A stretch of DNA of 64,000 nucleotides, from positions 96,001 through 160,000 of the IMG/VR virus record IMGVR_UViG_3300030330_006573. One strand, written 5' to 3'. The DNA is from a virus (Duplodnaviria; Caudoviricetes). A model generated the notes under the pieces. The model saw only the letters and a list, made by a program, of their open reading frames with translations, searched no databases and was not told the DNA's origin. Below are positions 38,601-48,714 of the stretch, piece by piece; position 1 is the stretch's first letter; each line of letters opens with the position of its first letter. The position numbers were made by a program, and so were the translations under genes.

Positions 38601-41155
38601 AAAAACAATTCTTAGACCAATTCTCTAGCTATAAAGATTGCTGTCCTCCAGGAGTAAGGCTTCCTGACCTTAAAATTGAACAGAAGTATTATAAGAAACT
38701 AAAAATTTCTACTGATTCTTCTAACTTTGAATTTTTATCAAATCTATGCAGTTCATCAATAAAAGATAAGTCTATAGATAAATTTGAAAATTATTCCTTG
38801 TACAAAGAAAGATTAGAATATGAATTGTCTATTCTACAAGAGCTTGGTTTCATTGACTACATTTTATTAAATTGGGATGTAATAAATTTTTGCAAGGAAA
38901 ACTCAATACCCACTGGCCCAGGAAGAGGTTCTGCGGCAGGATCTTTAGTTCTTTATCTTATTGGAGTGACAAAAGTAGATCCTATAAAATTTGACTTGTT
39001 CTTCGAAAGATTTGTTTCAAAAAGTAGAGCAAAAATAATTAAGAAAAATGGCATAAATTATTTAGATGGAAGTTTATTAGCTGATGTAGATAATGATATT
39101 GCATATGAACATCGTCAAAAAGTCATAGAATATATTGAATCTAAGCATCCAGGCAGAACTTCAAAGATTTTAACTCTAAATACATTGAGCGGGAAGCTTT
39201 GCATTAAAGAGTGCGGTAAGATTGCTGGAGAGATGTCTGAGCAAGATGTCAATGTGGTTAGTGACATGATTCCTAAAAATTTTGGTATAGTTGCAAAACT
39301 AAAAAATGCATACGAGGAAAGCAATGCATTTAAAGAGTTCTGTGATGACAATCCAAAGATATACAAAATAGCCAGAAAATTAGAAGGTTTAAAAAAGAAT
39401 ACTGGAGTTCATCCGTCTGGCATAGCTATATCTCATAGTAAAATTACAGATATATGCCCCATACAAAAGACCAATGATGGGTCTATTGTTACTGGCTACG
39501 ACATGAATTGGGTAGCGGAACTTATGGTAAAATTTGATATTCTTGGATTGCGCACGCTATCTGCCATTTACTCAACCTGTGATAGTATCAATTTAAATCC
39601 AGAAGATATTGATCTTTCTTGTAATACAATATACCATCACTTTAAAGACCTTAGAACTCCACATGGATTGTTTCAGATTGAAGCTGATGCAAATTATATG
39701 GTATGCAAAAAAATTAAACCTAAAAACCTTGAAGAATTAAGTGCCGTTATAGCTATAGCTAGGCCAGGAGCGCTAGATTTCCTTGAGCATTACGAAAGAT
39801 ATTCTGAAACTGGAAACTTTCAAAGTGTTAATCCTTTCTTTGATGATATACTTGACTATACTGGAGGAATACCTTTGTATCAAGAACAGCTTATGAAGAT
39901 GGCTGTTAAGGTTGGATTTACTTTAGACGAGTCTGAGCAATTAAGAAGGATTGTTGGAAAGAAAAAAATCGATCAAATGCCAGCTTGGAAAAAGAAGATT
40001 GAAGATAAAATCAAAGAAAGTAATTTACCTTCAGAGGTTGGAGATATATTATGGAAAGTCGCAGAAGACAGTGCAAATTACTCTTTCAATAAATCTCACT
40101 CAATATCTTACTCTATTCTTGCTGCATGGACTGCCTATTTAAAGTTCAATCACCCTCAAGAGTTCTTTCTTAGCTTGTTAAGAATGACAAAGTACGAACC
40201 TTCTCCACAGGAAGAAATCAATAAAATATGTCAAGATTTACCTTATTTTAACATAAAATTGCTATCTCCAGATTTAGCTTTATCTAATATGGATTTCTCA
40301 ATTAGCGATAAAGATATAAGATTTGGTCTCAATAGCATAAAAGGAATAAGCGAAAAATCATTAAGTGCATTAAAAGAATTTAGAGACTCAGAAAAACCTA
40401 ATAAATATGATATATTTTTATCTGCAAAATCTGCTGGCTTAAATATCGGTATTTTGTCTGCCCTCATTCAAGCTGGCGCACTTTCTAGTTATAAAACTAA
40501 TAGACCAAGGCTTGTTTTAGAGGCTCAAGTTTTTAATTTGTTAACTGATAGAGAAAAAAGAAATTTCATTTTGCTTGGGGAGCGTTATAACTATGATATA
40601 TTAAATGCTATACATGATGTTGTTACAAACAAAGTTGTTGGTGATGATAATAGATTAATTATGGCAGATAAAAGATTTAACACTTTAAAAAATAATTACT
40701 TGAATTACAAAAAAATATACGAGAAAAATAAGAGATACGAAGATTTTGCTAATTGGTATTTTGAGAAGTCCTTACTTGGATTTAGTTATAGTAAAGAATT
40801 AAGAGATTCTTTTGGCAATGGCAACGAAAACTTGCAAAACTCTCTTCACTTTGAATCTTGTGATCGCAATACTAAATCCAAATATATTGCAGTTGTAGAT
40901 GATGTTTTTTGCAGAAAAAGTAAAAATGGAAATGACTACATGAAGCTTTCTGTAAGTGATGAGTATGGTAGATATAATGGAATCATGGTAGACGGAAGAG
41001 ATAAAAAGCTATCAAAATTTAAAAGAAAATCTAAAATTCCAGAAAAGAATAATATCGTTATTTTATTTGGCTCTAAAGGCGATGACATTCTTTTTCTTGA
41101 AGACTTGTCTATTATTGATGAAAAGATTTATATGAAGTTATCTGATCTTAGATAG
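38582..41155 (+). CDS. dnaE: DNA polymerase III alpha catalytic core lacking the PHP domain
   Basis: GPGRGSAAGSLV, ADVDND, GVHPSG, KFDILGL, LYQEQLM, YSFNKSHS. Confidence 0.92.
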   Translation: MASRNIEKQFLDQFSSYKDCCPPGVRLPDLKIEQKYYKKLKISTDSSNFEFLSNLCSSSIKDKSIDKFENYSLYKERLEYELSILQELGFIDYILLNWDVINFCKENSIPTGPGRGSAAGSLVLYLIGVTKVDPIKFDLFFERFVSKSRAKIIKKNGINYLDGSLLADVDNDIAYEHRQKVIEYIESKHPGRTSKILTLNTLSGKLCIKECGKIAGEMSEQDVNVVSDMIPKNFGIVAKLKNAYEESNAFKEFCDDNPKIYKIARKLEGLKKNTGVHPSGIAISHSKITDICPIQKTNDGSIVTGYDMNWVAELMVKFDILGLRTLSAIYSTCDSINLNPEDIDLSCNTIYHHFKDLRTPHGLFQIEADANYMVCKKIKPKNLEELSAVIAIARPGALDFLEHYERYSETGNFQSVNPFFDDILDYTGGIPLYQEQLMKMAVKVGFTLDESEQLRRIVGKKKIDQMPAWKKKIEDKIKESNLPSEVGDILWKVAEDSANYSFNKSHSISYSILAAWTAYLKFNHPQEFFLSLLRMTKYEPSPQEEINKICQDLPYFNIKLLSPDLALSNMDFSISDKDIRFGLNSIKGISEKSLSALKEFRDSEKPNKYDIFLSAKSAGLNIGILSALIQAGALSSYKTNRPRLVLEAQVFNLLTDREKRNFILLGERYNYDILNAIHDVVTNKVVGDDNRLIMADKRFNTLKNNYLNYKKIYEKNKRYEDFANWYFEKSLLGFSYSKELRDSFGNGNENLQNSLHFESCDRNTKSKYIAVVDDVFCRKSKNGNDYMKLSVSDEYGRYNGIMVDGRDKKLSKFKRKSKIPEKNNIVILFGSKGDDILFLEDLSIIDEKIYMKLSDLR

Positions 41156-43576
41156 ATGAATAAAAGTAATTTCACTCCTAGGGTTCAAAGAATAATAGCT
41201 CTTTCAAAAAGAATAGCTGATTCTTTAAATTCCCAAGAAATAGATCTTCATCATTTGATTTTTTCAGTTCTTGATTCAAACCAATCAATAATAAATAATT
41301 TCTTCGATGATATATCCATATCGCTTGATGAGTTTAAAGGCATAGTTTTCAATTCTATTGACGGAGACTTTTTCACTTCCCCATCTTCGGATAAAGAGGA
41401 GTTAGACTTTTCTACAGAGTATCAAAAAGTTTTTAAAATGTGCATTAATTTTGCAGATGAGCTGGATCATGATTATGTTGGTGTTGAGCATGTTTTCTAT
41501 ACCTTGCTTATATATGAAAAATCCCCACTACCTTCTTTGCTTAGTACTTTTTACGTAGATATAGAAAGCTCTAAAGAAAAATTTAGAAACTTTTTTATTA
41601 CGGGTGAGTGGGAGGAGTCTAGATTACGGAAAACATATGAAGGCAAAAAGTCCAAGGTTGATGAAAAAATAGAGTCAGGCGCACTTCAATCTTTTTGCAA
41701 AAACTACAATGAAATGGCTTCTCAGGGTAAATTTGACAAAGTGCTTTGTAAAGATACTGACATTGAAAAAATGTCTGAAATCTTATGTAGAAGAAACAAG
41801 AACAATCCTATTTTAGTTGGTCTCCCAGGGACAGGTAAAACTTCTCTCGTTGAGGGTCTCGCTCAAAATATAGTTAACAACACATGCACTGACTTCTTAG
41901 CAAATAAAACTATTTATGAAGTCGATTTAGCCGCTTTAATTGCTGGCACTAAATATAGAGGTCAATTTGAAGAAAGGTTAAAAAAACTTATTGAAGAAGT
42001 TTCAAGCTCTCCAAACATAATTCTTTTTATTGACGAGATTCATACTATTATAGGAGCTGGAGCAACAGAAGGAAGTATGGATGCTGCTAATATCCTAAAA
42101 CCAGCCTTAGCAAGAGGTCAAATAAAATGTATTGGAGCCACTACTCCTAAAGAATACAAAAAGTATATACTAAAAGATGCAGCTCTAGAGAGAAGGTTTC
42201 AAGAAATAAAAGTAAACCAACCTTCAACTACTGAAACTCTAAAAATTCTAGAAGGCATAATCTCTCAATATGAAAAATTTCATCATGTTATATATAGAAA
42301 AAATGCAGTTAAATTAGCTGTTGAGCTTTCTGTTAGATACATGACTGACAGGCAGCTTCCAGATAAAGCAATAGATATTATTGATCAAGCTGGAGCAAAA
42401 GTAAAAATGCGCAGTTTTAGTAGACCTCTTGAAGCTCAAAAGATAGAGAAGCAAATAGAAAGACTAATGGAGGATGAAGATAAAAGTCAACACCAAAAAA
42501 CTAAATATCAAAAAAAACAAGACTCCTTAATAAAAAGTTATAAAACTGTATTAAATAACTGGGCAGAATCATATAAACAAAAAAAATTTTATGTTACTCA
42601 AGATGATATTTTCAAAGTTGTCTCTTCTAAAACTGGAATACCAGTTGGTAATTTGTCAAAAGATGACTCTGATATTTTATTAAACTTAAAAAATAATTTA
42701 TCAAAAGATGTTTTATTTCAAGATCAAGCTCTTGATTCTATATATAATTCTATCGTAAGATCCAAGAGTGGATTGTCTCAAACTACAAAACCTATAGGCT
42801 CCTTTCTCCTTCTAGGAAAAAGTGGAGTAGGCAAGACATATATGGCAAAACGTTTAGCTAATCATTTTTTTGGAAGCGAAGATAATTTAATTCATGTGGA
42901 CATGTCCGAATTTTCAGAAAAAATAAACATATCAAGATTAATAGGTTCATCGCCTGGATATGTTGGCTACGATGAAGGCGGTCAATTGACAGACCAAATA
43001 AAGAACAAACCATATTCAGTTGTTTTGTTTGATGAGATAGAGAAAGCTCATCCAGATGTAGTTAATATACTGCTTCACTTGCTAGATGAAGGTAGATTAA
43101 CAGACAATTTTGGAAGAATTTCTGATTTCACTAATAGTATTATTATTATGACGGGCAATATTGGCTCCGATATACTCGATAAGGGATCTGGAATAGGATT
43201 TGCGAGTGTGGACTCAAAAAATCAATACAAAGAAAAGATTATTGACTTATCTAAAAAAACTTTCAGTCCAGAATTTGTGAACAGAATAGATGAAGTTATC
43301 GTGTTTAATAATTTTTCCTTGGATGAAATTAAATTCTTAGTAAATGAAGAAATTTCTAAACTAAAAAGGTTGCTTAAGAGCCAAAAAAGTATTAAGTTAA
43401 ATGTAGAAAGCGACGTTATCGAGTCTATTTCAAATCATGTTTTCAATCTTAAAATGGGGGCTAGACCAATAAAAAGAATTATACAAAAAAATATTGAAAA
43501 TAAGGTTTCACAGTTTATTATAAAGAATAAAAAAGGAGAAGTTTCAATAAAAATTTCAGATATTAATTATGAGTAA
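41156..43576 (+). CDS. clpC: ATP-dependent Clp protease ATPase subunit (ClpC/ClpA type)
   Basis: Double Clp-N domain, KNNPILVG.PGTGKT, FIDEIH, GKSGVGKT, DMSEF, FDEIEKAH, IGF loop, GARP. Confidence 0.9.
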   Translation: MNKSNFTPRVQRIIALSKRIADSLNSQEIDLHHLIFSVLDSNQSIINNFFDDISISLDEFKGIVFNSIDGDFFTSPSSDKEELDFSTEYQKVFKMCINFADELDHDYVGVEHVFYTLLIYEKSPLPSLLSTFYVDIESSKEKFRNFFITGEWEESRLRKTYEGKKSKVDEKIESGALQSFCKNYNEMASQGKFDKVLCKDTDIEKMSEILCRRNKNNPILVGLPGTGKTSLVEGLAQNIVNNTCTDFLANKTIYEVDLAALIAGTKYRGQFEERLKKLIEEVSSSPNIILFIDEIHTIIGAGATEGSMDAANILKPALARGQIKCIGATTPKEYKKYILKDAALERRFQEIKVNQPSTTETLKILEGIISQYEKFHHVIYRKNAVKLAVELSVRYMTDRQLPDKAIDIIDQAGAKVKMRSFSRPLEAQKIEKQIERLMEDEDKSQHQKTKYQKKQDSLIKSYKTVLNNWAESYKQKKFYVTQDDIFKVVSSKTGIPVGNLSKDDSDILLNLKNNLSKDVLFQDQALDSIYNSIVRSKSGLSQTTKPIGSFLLLGKSGVGKTYMAKRLANHFFGSEDNLIHVDMSEFSEKINISRLIGSSPGYVGYDEGGQLTDQIKNKPYSVVLFDEIEKAHPDVVNILLHLLDEGRLTDNFGRISDFTNSIIIMTGNIGSDILDKGSGIGFASVDSKNQYKEKIIDLSKKTFSPEFVNRIDEVIVFNNFSLDEIKFLVNEEISKLKRLLKSQKSIKLNVESDVIESISNHVFNLKMGARPIKRIIQKNIENKVSQFIIKNKKGEVSIKISDINYE

Positions 43577-44111
43577 ATTTAAATTAGTTTTTGCAGGGGA
43601 AAACATTATTTCTTTTGATGAAGTTGAAGACAATACTGTTAGGGAATTTTTTAAAGAGTTTAATAGTTTCGATGAGCTGTCTGACTTCATGTCTAGTAGC
43701 AGTATTGCTTTAAATGGCAACTTTAAGTATGCAGTAAGACATACTGAAGATAATTATTTAAAAGAGCTTTTTATAGTTCTTAAAAACAACCCTCTGCCAA
43801 AACAATACATATTCGACACCAAAGAAGAAGCTCTAGAGTTTAAAGAGGTTCAAGGACTGAGAGACTCAGTTCACCTTTTACCCGAAGACAAAAAAGATAT
43901 AATTAAAAAATTCTTTGAGAGTGATGATCTTGATTTTCCTGGCTTTAAAAAAATAAAAGAAAACTATAATAAGGAATTAGAGAAAGCTGGTGGTGCAAAA
44001 TGTACCTCTTGTGCGAAAAATAATTTGATGAGAAAATATCAAGATATTGTTATTGATGCATTAAGTGATTCTCCTCAAAATGTCTTTAGCTCTTCTGAAA
44101 AAACTAAGTAA
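43569..44111 (+). CDS. hypothetical protein with C-terminal CxxC
   Basis: 180-aa ORF overlapping the clpC stop; CTSC. Confidence 0.65.
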   Translation: MSKFKLVFAGENIISFDEVEDNTVREFFKEFNSFDELSDFMSSSSIALNGNFKYAVRHTEDNYLKELFIVLKNNPLPKQYIFDTKEEALEFKEVQGLRDSVHLLPEDKKDIIKKFFESDDLDFPGFKKIKENYNKELEKAGGAKCTSCAKNNLMRKYQDIVIDALSDSPQNVFSSSEKTK

Positions 44112-44123
44112 CAATTTAAAATT

Positions 44124-44747
44124 ATGTCTATACAACTATACAAACCAAATCAAAAAAACGCAGGTGCAGCATTCACCTTTTCTATAGGTTCAAATAAGAA
44201 TAATAGCTTGCCAGCTTTCTACATGAGCGCCATATCCCAACATTCTTGGGATTCTGATAAAAAGATTGGATCCTTTGCTGGGAATGCAAAAGACCCAGAT
44301 AAAACAGTTAACGTCAAGCTTAGTGAGTTTGAGTGCGGAGAAGTAATTAGTGCTATCAGAAATAGGTATGATTACTCTACTTTTCATTCTTTTGACAATA
44401 ACAACACTACGATCAAATTTAGCCCTTGGGATAAAGATGTTAAAATTTCTAAATACGATCCAGAGTCAAAAGGCTTTAAAGATTCTAAGATAAAGGTTCC
44501 AGCATTTGGAGTTTCTATTTCCAAAGGCAAAGGGTCTACCTTTAAAATAGGTATGGATCCTGGAGAAGTAGAGGTTTTTGTAAAACTTCTTGAGCGTTTT
44601 ATAGAACTTTTCGTTGAAGAAAAGATTAATATTCAAAAAGCTCTTTCTAAGAAATCTCAGCAAAACAAACCTTCTTCTAAATCTTCAAAAGAAGAAAAGG
44701 TAGAAGAGGTTGAAGAAGAGGAGGATTTTGAGGACGTCCCATTCTAA
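44124..44747 (+). CDS. putative single-stranded DNA-binding protein
   Basis: Beta-rich body with acidic tail ending EEEDFEDVPF, like the SSB C-terminal DDIPF tip. Confidence 0.55.
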   Translation: MSIQLYKPNQKNAGAAFTFSIGSNKNNSLPAFYMSAISQHSWDSDKKIGSFAGNAKDPDKTVNVKLSEFECGEVISAIRNRYDYSTFHSFDNNNTTIKFSPWDKDVKISKYDPESKGFKDSKIKVPAFGVSISKGKGSTFKIGMDPGEVEVFVKLLERFIELFVEEKINIQKALSKKSQQNKPSSKSSKEEKVEEVEEEEDFEDVPF

Positions 44748-44761
44748 GGAAAATAAAAATA

Positions 44762-46669
44762 ATGTCTAAAAAAAAAATACTATATCATAGTAACTTTTCT
44801 AGAATTTTAAGTGGTTTTGGTAAAAATTCCAAAAATATTCTAAAACACTTATCTTCTACTGGAAAGTATGAAATAGTTGAATTTGCAAATGGAGTATCAA
44901 AAGGTCATGCAGACCTAAAAACTTTGCCTTGGCATGCAGAAGGAGGTTTGCCTTCAGACCAAGAATCGATTAATAAAATCAACAGAGACCCCAATTTAGG
45001 CAGATCAGCATCTTATGGGGCTCTGAGGATAGATGATGTAATAAAAAAAGAAAAACCAGATATTTATTTAGGTGTCGAAGATATATGGGGGCTTTCTGGT
45101 TATACAAAAAAACCTTGGTGGAATAAAATTAACTGCATGGTATGGACTACTCTAGACAGTCTGCCTATTTTACCAGATGCGATAAAGTGTGCTAAGAAGA
45201 TAAAGCATTATTATGTATGGTCTTCTTTTGCTGAAAAAGCATTGCACGAGGAAGGTCACGATCATGTCAAGACACTTCATGGTGCCGTTGATGAATCAAG
45301 TTTCTACAAGCTAGATCATGAAGATAGGGAAGCTTTAAGGGAAAAATATAATCTAGGAGATAGCTTTGTAATAGGTTTTGTATTTAGAAATCAGCTAAGG
45401 AAAAGTGTTCCCAACTTGCTCGAAGGCTTTAAGCTATTTAAATCTAAAAACCCAGATTCAAATGCTAAACTTTTATTACATACAAATTGGTCAGAGGGCT
45501 GGGAAATACCCAGATTAATAAAAGAAAAAAACTTAGAGCCTTCCGATATACTTTGTACTTACTACTGTAAAAATTGTAATCAATATCAAATAAAGCCATT
45601 TTCTTCTCAAAACTTAGATTGTCCGTATTGTGGATCTAAGAAATCTTGTAATACAGTTAATATAAAAGACGGAGTTAATGATTCTCAATTGAATGAGATA
45701 TACAATTTAATGGATGTGTATTGTCATCCTTTTACCAGTGGAGGTCAAGAAATTCCTCTTCAAGAAGCAAAGCTTTGCGAGCTTATTACATTAACAACTA
45801 ATTATTCTTGCGGATTGGAATCTTGCTCAAAAGAATCTGGAGGTTTACCGCTTGATTGGTCAGAATACAGAGAGCCAGGAACACAGTTTATAAAAGCATC
45901 TACTTGCCCTATCAGCATTCTCGATGGACTTTCTAATGTTTATCGCATGGATTTGTTAGAAAAGTCGTCTATGGGCAAGAAAGCTCGACAATATGTGATA
46001 GACAACTATTCCGTTAAAGTTATAGGTTCTAAAATTGAAGAGATTATTGATTCAATGCCATCTATCTCTGATTATAATTTTGATTTTAAAAAAGAACGTA
46101 GGGCTCCTGAGTACAATCCGCCAGATATTGAATCCAACTCTGACTGGTTAATAGATTTGTATAAAAACATATTGAAGGTTGATCTTGACCATACCGATGA
46201 AGGCCATCAGTATTGGATGAAAACACTTGAAAATGGAGGTAATAGAGCTGGAGTTCTAGATTACTTCAGACAAGTCGCTCAGAAAGAAAATTTAGAAATA
46301 GATAAGAAAAAATCTATTGACTTTAATAAAGTTATAGAAAATGATGGGGCAAAAAAAGCTTTATTCGTTTTAAAAGAGTCTGCCGAAGATATTTTACTTT
46401 CCACAAGCCTCTTGAAATCGTTCAAAGATATTCATCCTGATTATGATATTTTCTTTGCTTGTGATGAGATTTATCACCCAATGATACTTTCAAACCCCTA
46501 CATATACAAAGTTTTACCATATGATGCAAAGATGGAAAATGAATTTTTAATGGTTGCGGGATCTTCAAGTAAGCCGTATTTCGATTACTACTGCAACCTA
46601 GGTATTTTGACCCAAAGAAATATTAATTATCACGGCATAAGCAATTTCGCACTTGATTTGTATGAATAA
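44762..46669 (+). CDS. GT4-like glycosyltransferase with Zn-finger insert and C-terminal GT9-like segment
   Basis: SGFGKN, FRNQLRK, CKNC..CPYC, MDVYCHPFTSGGQEIPLQEA. Confidence 0.7.
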   Translation: MSKKKILYHSNFSRILSGFGKNSKNILKHLSSTGKYEIVEFANGVSKGHADLKTLPWHAEGGLPSDQESINKINRDPNLGRSASYGALRIDDVIKKEKPDIYLGVEDIWGLSGYTKKPWWNKINCMVWTTLDSLPILPDAIKCAKKIKHYYVWSSFAEKALHEEGHDHVKTLHGAVDESSFYKLDHEDREALREKYNLGDSFVIGFVFRNQLRKSVPNLLEGFKLFKSKNPDSNAKLLLHTNWSEGWEIPRLIKEKNLEPSDILCTYYCKNCNQYQIKPFSSQNLDCPYCGSKKSCNTVNIKDGVNDSQLNEIYNLMDVYCHPFTSGGQEIPLQEAKLCELITLTTNYSCGLESCSKESGGLPLDWSEYREPGTQFIKASTCPISILDGLSNVYRMDLLEKSSMGKKARQYVIDNYSVKVIGSKIEEIIDSMPSISDYNFDFKKERRAPEYNPPDIESNSDWLIDLYKNILKVDLDHTDEGHQYWMKTLENGGNRAGVLDYFRQVAQKENLEIDKKKSIDFNKVIENDGAKKALFVLKESAEDILLSTSLLKSFKDIHPDYDIFFACDEIYHPMILSNPYIYKVLPYDAKMENEFLMVAGSSSKPYFDYYCNLGILTQRNINYHGISNFALDLYE

Positions 46670-47864
46670 ATTAGAAAGATATAGTTTACATTCTGGATTA
46701 AAAATATCAAAACCTTTTATTGAAAATTGTTTTTATCCAATTACTCATGATAAATATGTAACATTCAACACTTCTTCTAAAATTCAAAGTAAGCATTATG
46801 ACTTATGGCAAGAAGTTGTAGATTTGCTTACTCCGTATTTTAAGGAAAATGGAATTAAAATTTTACAATTAGGAGAAAAGAAAGATCCAGCGATAGAAGG
46901 AGTTTATGATTACAGAGGTTCTTTGAACTTCAATCAAGCATCATATGTTTTGAAAAAATCAATGCTTCATTTTAATGTTTGTGATCATTTATCTTATGTT
47001 TCTTATAATTCTAATGTTCCTAGTGTTGTCCTTTTTTCTAACGAATTGTCTGATTCTTTTTGTTCTTTTGACAAAGGTGGATTAAATAAAAATTTTATCC
47101 CCTTAGACTCTCCTAAAAAACTTGGTTGTAGTTATAGTCCAGTTGAGATACCTAAAACAATAAACGATATATCACCTGCTCTCGTAGCTAATAAGATATT
47201 AGACAATCTCAATATTAAAAATGATTTAAATCTCTTGGACCCAATTCATATCGGCTCAAATTATCATATTAGAATTGTTGAATTCGTTCCTGATTTTGTG
47301 CCTCCAGCAGATTTACTTAAAAATTCCATAATAAATGTTAGGGCTGATTATTATTTCGATCAGGAGAATATTTTTCATTTATCTAGAGGAAGGAAATTAG
47401 GGGTGATTACTGCTGAAGCATTTAGTGATGATCTTTGCTTTGCAATTAAAGACTCGTTAGCTAGAGTTTCAATTGAAGTTGACAACATAGATTTAAATAA
47501 ATTTTTAAAAACTTTAAAAAACTTAAAGATACCATATGAATTATTCACATATGATAGAGAAAATTTAAATAAAATTAGATTGGCTAATATAGATGAAAAA
47601 ATACAACTATATGAAAGAAAATCTAAAAAAGACCTTGATGTCTCCATTGATGCTAATCATAATATGTTATTCAAATCCTCAAAAATCTTAATTTCAAATG
47701 GACAAAAGTTTGCAAGCAAAGCTCATTGGATCGAAGGCAAAGATCTCAATGATGATGCAAGTAAATCTATTATAGATTGTCCTGATTTTTGGGAAGGTTC
47801 TGATTATTATATTATATACAACAAGGAGGTAAAAAATGCCAAGGGGAAGACCAAAGGGAAGTAA
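46662..47864 (+). CDS. GT9 (heptosyltransferase)-like protein
   Basis: KHYDLWQEVV..ILQLG..DYRGSLNFNQASYVL..VPSVVLFS. Confidence 0.55.
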   Translation: MNKLERYSLHSGLKISKPFIENCFYPITHDKYVTFNTSSKIQSKHYDLWQEVVDLLTPYFKENGIKILQLGEKKDPAIEGVYDYRGSLNFNQASYVLKKSMLHFNVCDHLSYVSYNSNVPSVVLFSNELSDSFCSFDKGGLNKNFIPLDSPKKLGCSYSPVEIPKTINDISPALVANKILDNLNIKNDLNLLDPIHIGSNYHIRIVEFVPDFVPPADLLKNSIINVRADYYFDQENIFHLSRGRKLGVITAEAFSDDLCFAIKDSLARVSIEVDNIDLNKFLKTLKNLKIPYELFTYDRENLNKIRLANIDEKIQLYERKSKKDLDVSIDANHNMLFKSSKILISNGQKFASKAHWIEGKDLNDDASKSIIDCPDFWEGSDYYIIYNKEVKNAKGKTKGK

Positions 47865-48705
47865 AAACAAAATTATTGAAGTAGATGTTCGCAGTGATGT
47901 TGAGGAGCAAGTAAAAAAAGCTGCTATAAAAATACAGAACAAACTTAACAGTTCTAACAGTGTCCCAAATGGCCCTGCTAAGTTCAAAAGAGATGAGAAC
48001 GGATTGCTAGAGTCAGTAGACTACCATTTTAATGATGACGGTTCTGTCAATTGGAGAGCTATGGTTAAAGACGAGCATCTCTTTCCCAACAAGTCTTGGT
48101 TTGAATCTAGAAAAAAAGATGTGCCAAGAAACATAGATGGACTAAAAGACCACCAACTTTTGATTAAACTTAGTGGAATTAAAGAGCTTGCTAGACTAAG
48201 GGGTTTTTCGTCTATCAACTATAATAGCGTAAAGTGCGAAAAAGACCATGTTGCCGTAAGTTGTTCTATTGCTTTTCTAGCCAACTATGAAACGAACAAT
48301 CAATCTGTATTTTATGAAGATATGGCAAATGCTACATTTGAGAATACTAGTAGTTTCGCCACGAAATTTTTAGAAACCATAGCTTGTAATCGAGCTTTTG
48401 TCAGATGTGTTAGAAACTTTTTAAACATTCACATCGTAGGTGATGATGAAATAGATAAATCTGGAATTGCTCCTGCTAGAAATCAATCTAGTGGTATCTC
48501 GCTATCGCCACAAGGAGCATTAAAAGTTCAAGCTGAGCTTAATGGATTTTTTGATTTTGACACATTCAAAAATCATTTAAGAAAATTGCATAAAGAAGGA
48601 GTTTATGAAATTGACTCTTCTGCAAATCCATCTGAATGGTCTTCGTTTGAAGATATTCCTCCAAAGCAAGCTAGAGAACTAATTAAAATTATTAAAGGTT
48701 CTTAA
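47836..48705 (+). CDS. putative single-strand annealing protein with N-terminal AT-hook
   Basis: MPRGRPKGSKNK AT-hook; ETIACNRAFVRCVRNFLNI...DEI resembles the Rad52/Erf/RecT-superfamily core helix. Confidence 0.5.
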   Translation: MPRGRPKGSKNKIIEVDVRSDVEEQVKKAAIKIQNKLNSSNSVPNGPAKFKRDENGLLESVDYHFNDDGSVNWRAMVKDEHLFPNKSWFESRKKDVPRNIDGLKDHQLLIKLSGIKELARLRGFSSINYNSVKCEKDHVAVSCSIAFLANYETNNQSVFYEDMANATFENTSSFATKFLETIACNRAFVRCVRNFLNIHIVGDDEIDKSGIAPARNQSSGISLSPQGALKVQAELNGFFDFDTFKNHLRKLHKEGVYEIDSSANPSEWSSFEDIPPKQARELIKIIKGS

Positions 48706-48714
48706 TAAATTTTT

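Noticed and set aside
12025-41155. Inteins or introns in nrdA, nrdB, recA, dnaB or dnaE
   Set aside because: Lengths are normal or short, frames are uninterrupted, and no intein C/S...HN termini were seen.
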